From NCBI GenBank assembly GCA_034659915.1, contig JAYEID010000010.1, positions 660 to 64,659 of the forward strand: DNA of 64,000 bases, given 5' to 3'. The notes beneath the pieces were generated by a model. It saw only the letters and a list, made by a program, of their open reading frames with translations. It searched no databases and was not told the DNA's origin. Made by a program: the position numbers and the translations under genes. This document shows positions 51,186 through 60,304 of this stretch, one piece after another. How positions within the stretch are numbered: position 1 is the first letter of the stretch; each line of letters starts with the position of its first letter. This DNA comes from Patescibacteria group bacterium. Lineage in GTDB: Bacteria; Patescibacteriota; WWE3; JAUXAW01; JAYEID01.

Positions 51186-52403
51186 ATGAAGCTAGCTCTT
51201 ATACTGCACATTTATCAACCTCCTACTCAATATGACAACATTTTAGATAGCATTACCAGTCAGTGTTACCGACCGCTACTGTCTCTACTTATTGCCAACC
51301 CTGCAGTACAAGTTTCCTTTAACATTCCAGCTTCGTTAGTGGAGCTTTGGCATAAAAACTACAGCCAGTATTCAGACATATTTTCCTTGTTTCGAAAGCT
51401 TTCCGAACGAGAACAGATTGAGCTCTTGGGTTCTGCTGCTTATCATCCACTCCTTTTTAAGTTACCCAAATCAGAAATTTATCGGCAAATTAAGCTGAAT
51501 GAGCGAATTAATATGCAGCTTCTTCCCGGATTTAATCCTGGTGGGGGGTTTTTTCCACCAGAGTTGGCGCTGGATTCCAATGTGTTGGATGTTGTAAACC
51601 TTTGCGGCTACGAGTGGGTACTTTCTGAAAGTCCTCTTGCTAATAGGAGAGTGCTGGATCAGGAACCTTTTTATGTTTTGCGTGCACAAGGGCTTGGTTT
51701 GGAAATAGTTTTTAGAAACAAATCCTTAAGTTTGGATCTTGCATTTAGCAGGGTTTCCTCAGTTGAAGAGATTCTAAATAAAGATGTAGGCAATCCAGTA
51801 ATAGCATTGGACGGTGAAACATTTGGTTGGCACCGAAGGGATGGCTTAGAGCTTTTGCAAAAGATGTTCGAGGATAATGCGTTATCATTTTGTTTAGCGT
51901 CGGATTTGGTAAAAAAACAGTTGCCAACAGCTCCCGGGTTTAAGCTGGAAAAAATATCTTGGGGCAAGCGCGGATCTGATCCCCAAAGTATTTACTATCC
52001 CCGCTGGGAAAACCCACAAAATAAGGTTCACAAATTGCAGTGGCAGCTTACAGAGTTAGCAATTAACGCCGTGAACAACTCAGAATTTAAGATTGAAAGT
52101 TTTAACAATACCACTGAATCCGCTGAAGCCATTGAATCTATTGATTCATTATCTCCAAACAAAAAACAATGGTTTATATCTCGACAATTGTTGGATAAAG
52201 CAGTTCACAGCGATCAATATTTTTGGGCAGATGGGGATAATGTGTGGCATTTGGGAATGGTAGAAAAGGGTGCTGATATGTTGAGAAATGTTGTTTGTGC
52301 TTTACCCGGAGCGGAACCCAACGTTATTGCTCAGGCTAATACCTTATATGATAAAATTATCGCCACCGGGGAAGAGTTGTACGGAAAGGACGTGAAGGCA
52401 TGA
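51186..52403 (+). CDS. glycoside hydrolase family 57 (alpha-glucan-active) protein, paralog 1
   Basis: GH57 regions: LHIYQPP (HQP-like), YEWVLSE (nucleophile region), ALDGETFGWH (HDDGEKFG-like acid/base region). Confidence 0.65.
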   Translation: MKLALILHIYQPPTQYDNILDSITSQCYRPLLSLLIANPAVQVSFNIPASLVELWHKNYSQYSDIFSLFRKLSEREQIELLGSAAYHPLLFKLPKSEIYRQIKLNERINMQLLPGFNPGGGFFPPELALDSNVLDVVNLCGYEWVLSESPLANRRVLDQEPFYVLRAQGLGLEIVFRNKSLSLDLAFSRVSSVEEILNKDVGNPVIALDGETFGWHRRDGLELLQKMFEDNALSFCLASDLVKKQLPTAPGFKLEKISWGKRGSDPQSIYYPRWENPQNKVHKLQWQLTELAINAVNNSEFKIESFNNTTESAEAIESIDSLSPNKKQWFISRQLLDKAVHSDQYFWADGDNVWHLGMVEKGADMLRNVVCALPGAEPNVIAQANTLYDKIIATGEELYGKDVKA

Positions 52404-52673
52404 AAACAATAACTGTTTATTGTTGATTGCTAATTGCTGAGTGCTAAAAAGTATTGGGGGTGGTCTTTCTTGAAGGACCGACCAATCCTTTTGGATATAG
52501 AAAGCGGAGAGCGGTTCGCGGAACGCGGATAGCGGACGGATATCGGGTAACGGATAACGTATACCGTATAACATCTTACGAATTATCAGTTACTAATTAC
52601 TAATTGCTAGTTGCTAATTAATAAAAATTAACAAATTTGATATTTGGAATTTATGATTTGTAATTTCTAAATT

Positions 52674-54194
52674 ATGTATTGGGCAAATTTTTTTCATTTT
52701 TATCAACCACCAACCCAGACAAAAAAGTGGATTGATAGAATAACTGAAGAGTGCTACCGACGGTTGATTCAAGGTTTTTTGGAGAGACCAGGTATTAAAG
52801 CTACTTTTAATATTAACGCCCTTCTTTTTGAATTCTGGGACAAATATGGGCATGAAGATGTTATTTCTGGCGTACGTGAGCTTTTATCCCGTGAACAAAT
52901 TAAACTTACTGCTACTGCTAAGTATCATCCACTTCTCCCAAAGCTGCCTGAGCATGAGATTATTAGACAGGTGCGTTTGAATAATGTAACTACCCACCGT
53001 TATTTGGGCGATTTTTACAATCCAGAGGGTTTTTTTCCGCCTGAGATGGCGTATAATCGCAAGATTGCGGAAGTAGCGGGTAAATTGGGGTATGAGTGGG
53101 TTATTGCGGAGGAACTTTCTCTCAGTCATGAGTTTAATACTGTTGACTACTCTACAATTTACGAAGTAGCAGGAACTAACATTAAGGGTAGGGAAAACTG
53201 TAATGTAAAAATATTTTTCCGAACCAGGGAAATTAGCTACAAAATTCTTTCTGGACAGTTAGCTACTCCTGGACCGCTGCGGGAAACTTTAGATAAGAAT
53301 TTTGGGGAAGGTGAGTATTTGCTTACAGCTATGGATGGAGAAACATTTGGTCACCACAGACCAGGGATGGATCAGCTCCTTTTTGATCTTTTAGAAATGA
53401 GCGACCTGGAGCCTGTATTTGTTTCAGATCTTCTCGATTTGTATTCTGCTCGATGTGAGGTTGATACCTACCCTTCTACTTGGGCGTTGATGAGTCATGA
53501 TTTAGAAAAGAACCAGCCTTTTGCTCGCTGGGACGACCCGGATAACGTGATTCACCAATTGCAGTGGAAGTTAACTAACCTGGCAATTAGTGCAGTAAAC
53601 AACTCAGACTATAAGTCGGGAAGTACCAAATTACAAATACCAAGTTCCAAAAGGAAAGGGAGTAATATGGTCGATTCCGAAGAGTTTGGAGCTTGTAATT
53701 TTGAATTTGGGATTTCTGGTCACGATAAAGGTGAATTAACAGAGAATCAAAAACGGTGGTTTAAAGCAAGGAAACTTTTAGATAAAGCTTTACATAGTGA
53801 CCAGTACTGGTGGGCCTCTGCTAAACCTTGGTGGAGTTTGGAGATGATAGAGCGGGGGGCAAAGGAGTTGTTGAGTGTGGTAGAAACTCTTCCAGATGCA
53901 TCGTCTCAGCAGGTAAAGGAAGCGCAGGAACTGTATTATAAAATTATTACCAAAGGTTTTGAGTGGCAACGTGCAGGAAAAGTTGAGGAAATGGCGGAAA
54001 AAGAGGATGAGGCTGTTCGAATGCGCACAGATCATGGTTTGCCGGATCTTGCTCCCGAAGAGATTGATACGATGATTGTTCCTATCCGTAAAGAGATGTT
54101 AGAAGCGGCAGGGAAGCAAGAGTACGAGAGGGCTGCTCAACTCCGAGATAGAATAGAAGAACTTGAAGGTTACAAGAATCAAGCACAGGATTAA
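52674..54194 (+). CDS. GH57 protein, paralog 2, with C-terminal UVR-like motif
   Basis: FHFYQPP, YEWVIAEE, AMDGETFGHH; C-terminal EYERAAQLRDRIEELEG resembles a UvrB/UvrC UVR domain. Confidence 0.65.
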   Translation: MYWANFFHFYQPPTQTKKWIDRITEECYRRLIQGFLERPGIKATFNINALLFEFWDKYGHEDVISGVRELLSREQIKLTATAKYHPLLPKLPEHEIIRQVRLNNVTTHRYLGDFYNPEGFFPPEMAYNRKIAEVAGKLGYEWVIAEELSLSHEFNTVDYSTIYEVAGTNIKGRENCNVKIFFRTREISYKILSGQLATPGPLRETLDKNFGEGEYLLTAMDGETFGHHRPGMDQLLFDLLEMSDLEPVFVSDLLDLYSARCEVDTYPSTWALMSHDLEKNQPFARWDDPDNVIHQLQWKLTNLAISAVNNSDYKSGSTKLQIPSSKRKGSNMVDSEEFGACNFEFGISGHDKGELTENQKRWFKARKLLDKALHSDQYWWASAKPWWSLEMIERGAKELLSVVETLPDASSQQVKEAQELYYKIITKGFEWQRAGKVEEMAEKEDEAVRMRTDHGLPDLAPEEIDTMIVPIRKEMLEAAGKQEYERAAQLRDRIEELEGYKNQAQD

Positions 54195-54295
54195 GGCTTG
54201 TTTATAGTTCTTCTAAAACCACTAAGGGTTGTGACTTTTTTTTTGGTTCACAAGCTAGTGGTTTTAGTTTTCTTTTTTTTTGGTTTTGTATACAA

Positions 54296-55309
54296 ATGAA
54301 CAAGTTACCTGACGAGGTACAAAAATTACTGGAAAAGGAGAATTTAGAGGTTGTTAATGTGTTACAGAGAGCAGACTCTCCCCGCCGCCGTTTCTATAGT
54401 TTAGAAACACGTCGCAAAACAGGGGGGGAGACTCTTCTTTTGAAAATTTTTGCCCGCGGCGATCCTGGAGTGGTAACAGCTTTTTACAAAGAAGTTGGTT
54501 TTTTAAAGCTGGTAACTGAGCGCGACAGTCCTCAAATTGGAATGTACACACCGCGCTTTTTAAAAAGAGGAGACGGAGAAACTCCCTGGTACTTGCGCAC
54601 ATGTGCCCAGGGCAGTTTCTTGGGTGATATTTGTTATGATTTTGGGATTAGAGATAAATATCTGGGGGAGGAGATTGGTGAGGAATTTGGGAATTTTTTC
54701 TTCGCATTATCCAAGTTCACGAGTGAAATCTCAGAAACATCTTTTTTCTCTACCCTTTCTCCTCACGGATTTAGTTGGTATTTAGATGACTGGAAACACT
54801 ATAGAGAAAGCTCTGAGACTGTTGGAAGCGCTGTTTTTGAAAAGCTACGCCAACTTTTGAAATTGCATCGTTCTTTGTTGGATAACAGTACAAAAGTTTT
54901 AGTTCATGGAGATTTGTATCTTAAAAATGTTTTCTGGAGCAATAATATTGGGCTTGGTAATGAGAAAGAAAGTCCACTTAGTGTGATTGATTGGGAGATA
55001 TTACATTTGGGGAATAGGTGTTTTGACCCTGTTTTCATTTGGATGTTGGGGTGGAAAAATTCCCAGTGGCAGGAAGAGCTAAAAAGTAGGGTTTGGGAAA
55101 GCTTTGAACAAGAAGGGAGTGAGAGTGAAAAGGAATTAAGCATTCTTTGGAATATTGTTAGGTGTTCGCTAGCCTTGCGTTTTATTCGGCACGCGGAAAT
55201 AATGCTGGAAATACTTTCTTCTCGGGAAAAAGAGGCTAGACATAATGCAGAACAAGCGCTTTCCGTATACAGAAAAGAACTGGAAATAGCTTTAGAGACC
55301 CTCTCCTAA
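54296..55309 (+). CDS. APH/ChoK-fold phosphotransferase
   Basis: Brenner motif HGDLYLKNVFW (HGDxxxxN) and DWE; size 337 aa. Confidence 0.6.
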   Translation: MNKLPDEVQKLLEKENLEVVNVLQRADSPRRRFYSLETRRKTGGETLLLKIFARGDPGVVTAFYKEVGFLKLVTERDSPQIGMYTPRFLKRGDGETPWYLRTCAQGSFLGDICYDFGIRDKYLGEEIGEEFGNFFFALSKFTSEISETSFFSTLSPHGFSWYLDDWKHYRESSETVGSAVFEKLRQLLKLHRSLLDNSTKVLVHGDLYLKNVFWSNNIGLGNEKESPLSVIDWEILHLGNRCFDPVFIWMLGWKNSQWQEELKSRVWESFEQEGSESEKELSILWNIVRCSLALRFIRHAEIMLEILSSREKEARHNAEQALSVYRKELEIALETLS

Positions 55310-55888
55310 TTAGTAGCTGGCAATTAGTAACTAGTAGCAAGTAGTAAGTAGCTAGTATTTAGTATTCTTTATTTTCTATTTCTTATCTCTAGTTACGAGT
55401 CTCGAGTCTCTTTTTATTCGTAGCCAATTTGCAATACAGATAGAATTCATACCTTAATTATTAGCATTAATTTGCAGTATTAAATTAGCATAAATTAGCT
55501 ACCCCAATTCGCAACACATTCGCTATAACAATTCGTAGTATTTGTAGTCAATTCGCTGTATGGATAGGATTCATACCTTAATTATTTGCAATGTATTCGC
55601 TATACTAATTCGCATAGATTCGCTATACCAATTGACAATTTACTCGATCCATGCTAATTTAAAACTACCCTGCAGTGCACGCTTAAAAGGGAGCTTTTTC
55701 TTGGATCCTCAACCCATATTAAAGGGAGCCTTATATAGTCCCGACTTGTCGGGACTGCGGGCACCCACTTGAACTTACCAAGGGTCAAGATTTGCTCCTA
55801 TGCGGCACTTGCTTCCAGTTTAGGAGGCTAAAGCTTTTCTAAGCTTGGCGGGGGAGGAATAATATAAATTAGGGATTGATTAACAGTG

Positions 55889-55918
55889 ACCCTATACCGT
55901 AAGGTATAGGGTTTTTTT
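55889..55918 (+). terminator. rho-independent terminator
   Basis: ACCCTATACC-gtaa-GGTATAGGGT perfect 10-bp stem followed by TTTTTTT. Confidence 0.6.
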
Positions 55919-56121
55919 AGTGAGCACTTGGCGAGTCGCGGCTTTTGGCGGGACGAGCCTAGTGCGAACTAACCCCGTAAGCTTCTTAGCTTTACGGGGT
56001 AGGTTTGACTTTTTAGAAAAATATATACGCAGAAACCTTTGTTTTGTGGTATAATAATGCTGTTACGAGATTTGAGTTATTCCTTTTAGGTACAGCAATA
56101 GTGTTGGTATAGTTGTTTTTT

Positions 56122-56220
56122 GCCTGGGTAGCTCAATGGAAGAGCAGGGGTTTTGCCCCAGAAGTATGTTTCCCGAATAATATTCGGGATTACAACTTCG
56201 GGGTCCCGCAGTTCTAGCAA
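56122..56220 (+). other. tRNA-like pseudo-element: duplicated 5' half of the downstream tRNA-Thr plus hairpin module
   Basis: gcctgggtagctcaatggaagagca matches 23/25 to the 5' half of tRNA-Thr at 56221; no matching 3' acceptor strand. Followed by cccgaataatattcggg hairpin and ggggtcccgcagttctagcaa, which recurs as gggatcccgaagttctaagcaa at 57223. Confidence 0.4.
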
Positions 56221-56295
56221 GCCGGAGTAGCTCAATGGAAGAGCAAGTGTTTTGTAAATACTAGGTTGGAGGTTCGATCCCTCTCTCCGGCTCCA
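56221..56295 (+). tRNA. tRNA-Thr (TGT)
   Basis: Acceptor GCCGGAG/CTCCGGC, anticodon loop TTTGTAA, T-loop TTCGATC, CCA encoded. Confidence 0.85.
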
Positions 56296-56521
56296 ATCGG
56301 CTTGCAGATACTGCTGGGATAAACCGTAGGTCGTCCCGATAAATCGGGACTAACCTACCTGCCGGTAGGCAGGTTCGACTGATCAAATTCTCGGAAGAAT
56401 TTGAAGTCTCATTGAGCCCCGACAAGGTCGGGACTAATTCCACCAACGGAAAATAAGGCACAAAGTTTGTATTTTCCGGGTGTCATTGAGCACGGGTGGC
56501 AGAGTGTTCAAACACAAGTGT

Positions 56522-56608
56522 GCCGAGGTCGCATAGTGGCTATTGCACGAGACTGTAAATCTCGCGTCCGTAAGGACTTCGGGGGTTCGATTCCCTCCCT
56601 CGGCACCA
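56522..56608 (+). tRNA. tRNA-Tyr (GTA), class II with long variable arm
   Basis: Acceptor GCCGAGG/CCTCGGC, anticodon loop CTGTAAA, 16-nt variable arm, T-loop TTCGATT, CCA. Confidence 0.85.
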
Positions 56609-56609
56609 G

Positions 56610-56881
56610 TTTTATTATGTGTATATTGTGTATGTACTTGAAAGTAAGAGGGATAGCAATTTGTATACAGGTTACACAAGTGATTTGACCCACAGCGTTT
56701 GGAAGATCATAAAGCTGGACGAGTTAAATCTACACGGGATAGGCGTCCTCTGAAGCTCATTTATTATGAAGCTTGCTTGTTGGAGGAAGATGCTAAGCGT
56801 AGGGAGAAGTTTTTGAAAACATCATTAGGCAAGAGTAGGCTTAGAAAAAGGTTGGGGGTTTATTTTTCTAGGCCTTATTAA
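56610..56881 (+). pseudogene. GIY-YIG nuclease remnant (C-terminal half intact from TTG at 56699; N-terminal half degraded or frameshifted)
   Basis: HKAGRVKSTRDRRPLKLIYYEACLLEEDAKRREKFLK matches the small GIY-YIG family (..GKGAKYTRSRRPVKLVYYEEF..A..REKQLK). An in-frame stop lies 6 codons upstream; a possible degraded YxYIL/YIG part (CILCMYLKVRGIAICIQ) is in another frame. Confidence 0.4.
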
Positions 56882-56958
56882 GCCGCCTTAGCTCAGTTGG
56901 CTAGAGCGTCTCCTTGGTAAGGAGGAGGTCGACGGTTCAAACCCGTCAGGCGGCTCCA
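56882..56958 (+). tRNA. tRNA-Thr (GGT)
   Basis: Acceptor GCCGCCT/AGGCGGC, anticodon loop TTGGTAA, T-loop TTCAAAC, CCA encoded; followed by an ataagatct...agatcttat hairpin. Confidence 0.85.
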
Positions 56959-57149
56959 CCATAAGATCTTAACGAGTTCGCGAGTTTAGATCTTATGAGT
57001 GCCATGCACCTGAAAGGGCGTACCCAACGTGGTACCGCCCCTACGTGGTGCGTGGCAGCAGGGTAGTAGCCCTGATACCACGTAGGGTACAGGGCTCAAT
57101 TCATCAGCTCAAATTCTGGGAAGAATTTGATGATTCATTGAGGGCTGTA

Positions 57150-57249
57150 GGCTAATTGGTAAACTACTGGTCTCTCCCAGTAACATCTAGTTCCGAAGAA
57201 GTCGGAACGTAGATGTATGGGATCCCGAAGTTCTAAGCAAATTTTTGAT
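57150..57249 (+). other. second tRNA-like pseudo-element preceding tRNA-Trp
   Basis: gggctgtaggctaattggtaa (acceptor and D-arm-like), tactgg-tctctc-ccagta arm, long hairpin catcta..ttccgaagaagtcggaa..tagatg, then gggatcccgaagttctaagcaa. Same module order as 56122-56220. Confidence 0.35.
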
Positions 57250-57324
57250 AGGGGCATGGTGTTAATGGTAGCACAATGGTCTCCAAAACCATTAGTCCGG
57301 GTTCAAATCCTGGTGCCCCTGCCA
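57250..57324 (+). tRNA. tRNA-Trp (CCA)
   Basis: Acceptor AGGGGCA/TGCCCCT, anticodon loop CTCCAAA, T-loop TTCAAAT, CCA; conserved position upstream of secE-nusG. Confidence 0.8.
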
Positions 57325-57445
57325 CCCCGACATACAGAATCGGCAGACCGATTCCCGTCGGGGCGGGCCCTGAAAATACAGAGTTGGCAGACCAACTCCC
57401 GTCGGGGGTGTCTTGACGAGGACCTGCTTGGTTCTGTGTACAATG
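57325..57445 (+). repeat. tRNA-adjacent cassette with two tandem hairpin units and a TTGACG...TACAAT promoter-like element
   Basis: ccccgacatacagaatcggcagaccgattcccgtcgggg, then acagagttggcagaccaactcccgtcggggg, then tcttgacgagg...tgtgtacaatg. Confidence 0.65.
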
Positions 57446-57548
57446 TTTCAGGGTAGTAGTATTTGTAATATATTTGTAGTATTCGTAGTATATTCGTTGT
57501 ACAAATAGTATTTATACCTTAATTATTCGTAGTAGATTAGCTATACCA

Positions 57549-57737
57549 ATGAATTCGCTAACCAAATTCTTAAAAGAAGTAAGGCAGGAGATGAAGAAGG
57601 TAGTTTGGCCTTCGAAAGATGAGGCTATAAAACTTACAGCTATAGTTTTGGGAGTAGTTATTTTTATTGGTTTGTATATTGCATTCTTGGACTACATTTT
57701 TAGTAGACTCATTCGGCTAGCAGTAACTAAGAGTTGA
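57549..57737 (+). CDS. secE: preprotein translocase subunit SecE
   Basis: 62 aa, single C-terminal TM, KEVRQEMKKVVWPSKDE pattern; tRNA-Trp-secE-nusG synteny. Confidence 0.75.
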   Translation: MNSLTKFLKEVRQEMKKVVWPSKDEAIKLTAIVLGVVIFIGLYIAFLDYIFSRLIRLAVTKS

Positions 57738-57795
57738 ACCTACTTGCATTCTTTATTCTTTGCCTTTATCATAACCAAAGCGTTCGATTTTAACT

Positions 57796-58332
57796 ATGAT
57801 GGATGAAAATAAAGCCCAGTGGTATGTAGTTCATACCTATTCGGGGCACGAAAAGAGAGTTGCCGAAACTTTGCGACAAAAAGTGGAAGCTTTAGACTTG
57901 GAGGAAAAGTTCGAGGAAATTCTTATTCCCACGCGTGATAAGATTGTTGCTTCTGGTGGCGAAAGAAAGGAAGTGGAAGAAAGGTTATTTCCAGGTTACT
58001 TACTTTTGCACATGGTGATGGACGATGAAACATGGCCAGTTGTTCGTAATACAGCTGGCGTTACTGGTTTTGTTGGTGCCTCAGGCAAGCCTATACCTTT
58101 GCCTAAGCAAGAAGTGGAGGGGGTCAAGCAATTTATGGAGCTAGATCAGCCGAAAGTGGATGTCAAGTTTAAGAAAGGCGACAGTGTTAAGATCAACGAT
58201 GGCCCCTTCGCAGATTTTGTGGGTGAAGTGCAAGAGATTGATGAGGATAAAGGTCGGTTAAAGGTGCTTGTTTCTATATTTGGTCGGGAAACGCCAGTAG
58301 ACCTAGATTTCTTGCAAGTCGAACCTTTATAG
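57796..58332 (+). CDS. nusG: transcription antiterminator NusG
   Basis: NGN domain WYVVHTYSGHEKRV and KOW domain FKKGDSVKINDGPFADFVGEV. Confidence 0.9.
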   Translation: MMDENKAQWYVVHTYSGHEKRVAETLRQKVEALDLEEKFEEILIPTRDKIVASGGERKEVEERLFPGYLLLHMVMDDETWPVVRNTAGVTGFVGASGKPIPLPKQEVEGVKQFMELDQPKVDVKFKKGDSVKINDGPFADFVGEVQEIDEDKGRLKVLVSIFGRETPVDLDFLQVEPL

Positions 58333-58396
58333 CGAATCTACTACGAATAATTAAGGTATGAATTCTATTTATGCTACGAATTGGCTACGAATACTA

Positions 58397-58503
58397 CAAA
58401 TTGGGAAGGAAGAGACTAGACCAGAAAGTCCTTTAGGGGCGGTACCACATTGGGTACACCCCTTTGGGTTTGCGGATGCAGTCCCTCAAGGTCTTGGTAG
58501 AGA
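58397..58503 (-). repeat. REP-X repeat copy (diverged)
   Basis: gaccagaaagtcctttaggggcggtaccacattgggtacaccccttt... is about 75% identical to 63620-63700; contains the gtacc..ggtac hairpin. Confidence 0.5.
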
Positions 58504-58622
58504 TGGTATAGCGAATCTATTAGGAATCTACTACGAATGTTACCAATCTCTAATAAATTATTCGTAGCTCATTTGTAATATTTGTAGAAATTTAGTGATT
58601 TTCGTAGAATATTGGCTATATA

Positions 58623-59033
58623 ATGGCGGATTTAATATATCCTGAGCTCAGTTACGAAATCGTAGGTGTACTTTTTGATGTATATAATAAATTAGGAAGT
58701 TCCTACAAGGAGAAATATTATCAGCGTGCCGTAGGAAAGCTCCTCCTTAATAAGGGTTTTGATATTAAACGGGAGTTGAAAGCCGATTTGGAAATACAAG
58801 GTGAACAGATAGGGTATTATTTTCTGAATTTCCTTGTAGAAGGGCTAATAGTTTTGGAACTGAAGGCAAAACCGCGCATGAGTAAACAAGATTTTAAGCA
58901 GGTGCAATCGTATTTGGGTACTACAGGTTTAAAGTTGGGTATTTTAGCAAATTTTGGTCGTCCGGAAGGTTTAAATTTTTACAGAGTTTTGAATTCTTCG
59001 TATAGTTTGTTTACGGGAAAGTACGAAGATTAG
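58623..59033 (+). CDS. GxxExxY / PD-(D/E)XK-like small protein inserted between nusG and rplK
   Basis: YPELSYEIVGVLFDVYNKLGSSYKEKYYQRAV...GIVLELKAK; matches the GxxExxY family pattern (PDDEXK_3) from memory. Confidence 0.5.
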   Translation: MADLIYPELSYEIVGVLFDVYNKLGSSYKEKYYQRAVGKLLLNKGFDIKRELKADLEIQGEQIGYYFLNFLVEGLIVLELKAKPRMSKQDFKQVQSYLGTTGLKLGILANFGRPEGLNFYRVLNSSYSLFTGKYED

Positions 59034-59102
59034 TCGTAAGTATTTGTAGGATATTAGTTGTATTTGTAGTAGATTCGTTAGATTAGTAGAGTATTAGCTA
59101 TA

Positions 59103-59531
59103 ATGCCAAAGGAAAAAGAGGCAGTTGTAAAACTTAATATACCTGCTGGAAAAGCTACTCCAGCTCCTCCTATTGGTCCTGCTTTGGGTCAGTACGGTGT
59201 TTCGCTTATGGATTTTTGTAAAGAATATAATAAGCGTACCCAGGACATGGGAGACGTGGTGGTTCCCGCTGTAATAACTATTTATAAGGATCGTAGCTTT
59301 GATTTTGTTGTAAAGACTCCGCCTGCTTCTGAGCTTCTAAAGAAAGCAGCAGGAATTGAAAAAGGTTCTGGCGAGCCGCACAAAGAAAAGGTGGGTACAG
59401 TCACACGAAGTCAATTAAAGGAAATTGCAGAACGGAAGATGAAAGACCTGAGTGCAAGAGACCTAGAGTCTGCGGCAAAGATAATTGAAGGTACAGCAAA
59501 ACAAATGGGTTTGGAAATAGTTGAGAAATAA
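59103..59531 (+). CDS. rplK: 50S ribosomal protein L11
   Basis: [21 protein letters not shown]-terminal Pro-rich helix region, 142 aa. Confidence 0.9.
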   Translation: MPKEKEAVVKLNIPAGKATPAPPIGPALGQYGVSLMDFCKEYNKRTQDMGDVVVPAVITIYKDRSFDFVVKTPPASELLKKAAGIEKGSGEPHKEKVGTVTRSQLKEIAERKMKDLSARDLESAAKIIEGTAKQMGLEIVEK

Positions 59532-60304
59532 CCACTTTTGATATGTAAAGTGGGAGCTTCCTCTAGTGTTTGTAAATGGAGGGTTGGGGCTTGTCAAAAA
59601 CTAGCTTCGTTTGTAAATTTTCAAAATTTTGTAGTTTTGTCTCCTTTTTTTTTCCTAACCACAAAATCTAAAAAAGGTGTTTTGATAGGTCTTATAATTG
59701 GTAACTGGTAACTAGCAAGTAGTAAGTAGTAAGTAGTAAGTAGTAAGTAGCTAGTATTTAGTATAGCTAATTTATACTAATTTAATACGGCGAATTAATG
59801 CGAACGGGAAGGAAGAAACTGGTAACTAGCAAATGTTCGGGTAAGACCCTCACGTAAAGTGTAGCTCAGAAGCTACGTAAATATGCGCCTTCGGCGCGTA
59901 ATCCTCATCGCTTTCCGCCTACCGCATTCGGCATTCCGCAATCCGCAATCCGCTATCAGCAATTAACAATCAACAATAAGCAATTATTTTCCACCTCCCT
60001 TTATTCCTTATTCCTTATTCCTTATTCCTTATTCCTTATCTCTTATTTAATATTTCGTATTTATTTGGAGCTTAGAGTTCCCAGTCTCTTCAATCTTTTC
60101 TTTCTTTACCAAGACCTCCGGGGATTCGATTCCGAAACCCCGCAGGACTTTTAGGTTCGAGTCCCTGCCGGCAGGCAGGCAGGCCTGCCTGCCGGCAGGC
60201 AGGTCCAGTCTTCCCATTAGCATAGATTCGCTACTGTTAAATTCGCATAAATTAGCTATATCAATTCGCATTAATTCGCTACCTCAGGTAATATAAAACA
60301 CAAC
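59532..60304. repeat. 770-bp repeat-built spacer where rplA would normally follow rplK
   Basis: Contains, in order: (agtaagt)n, gcgga-type units (reverse complement), the caat unit block identical to 33900-33975, (ccttatt)n, tatttcgtattt, REP-X copy at 60080-60185, nested palindrome CCTGCCGGCAGG-caggcctg-CCTGCCGGCAGG at 60160-60210, then attcgc units. Confidence 0.7.

Noticed and set aside
54204-54290. Terminator after the second GH57 gene
   Set aside because: aaaccacta...tagtggttt forms a 9-bp stem but with a ~30-nt loop that itself contains T-runs; not a clean intrinsic terminator, so not listed as a feature.
56467-56688. 73-aa plus-strand ORF overlapping tRNA-Tyr
   Set aside because: It runs through a confidently folded tRNA. 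Only its 3' end (CILCMYLKVRGIAICIQ) might be a decayed piece of the GIY-YIG remnant, noted separately.
58358-58567. 69-aa ORF in the nusG-GxxExxY spacer
   Set aside because: Lies entirely within the REP-X repeat copy and attcgtag-unit spacer; composition mirrors the repeat, no RBS or start context.
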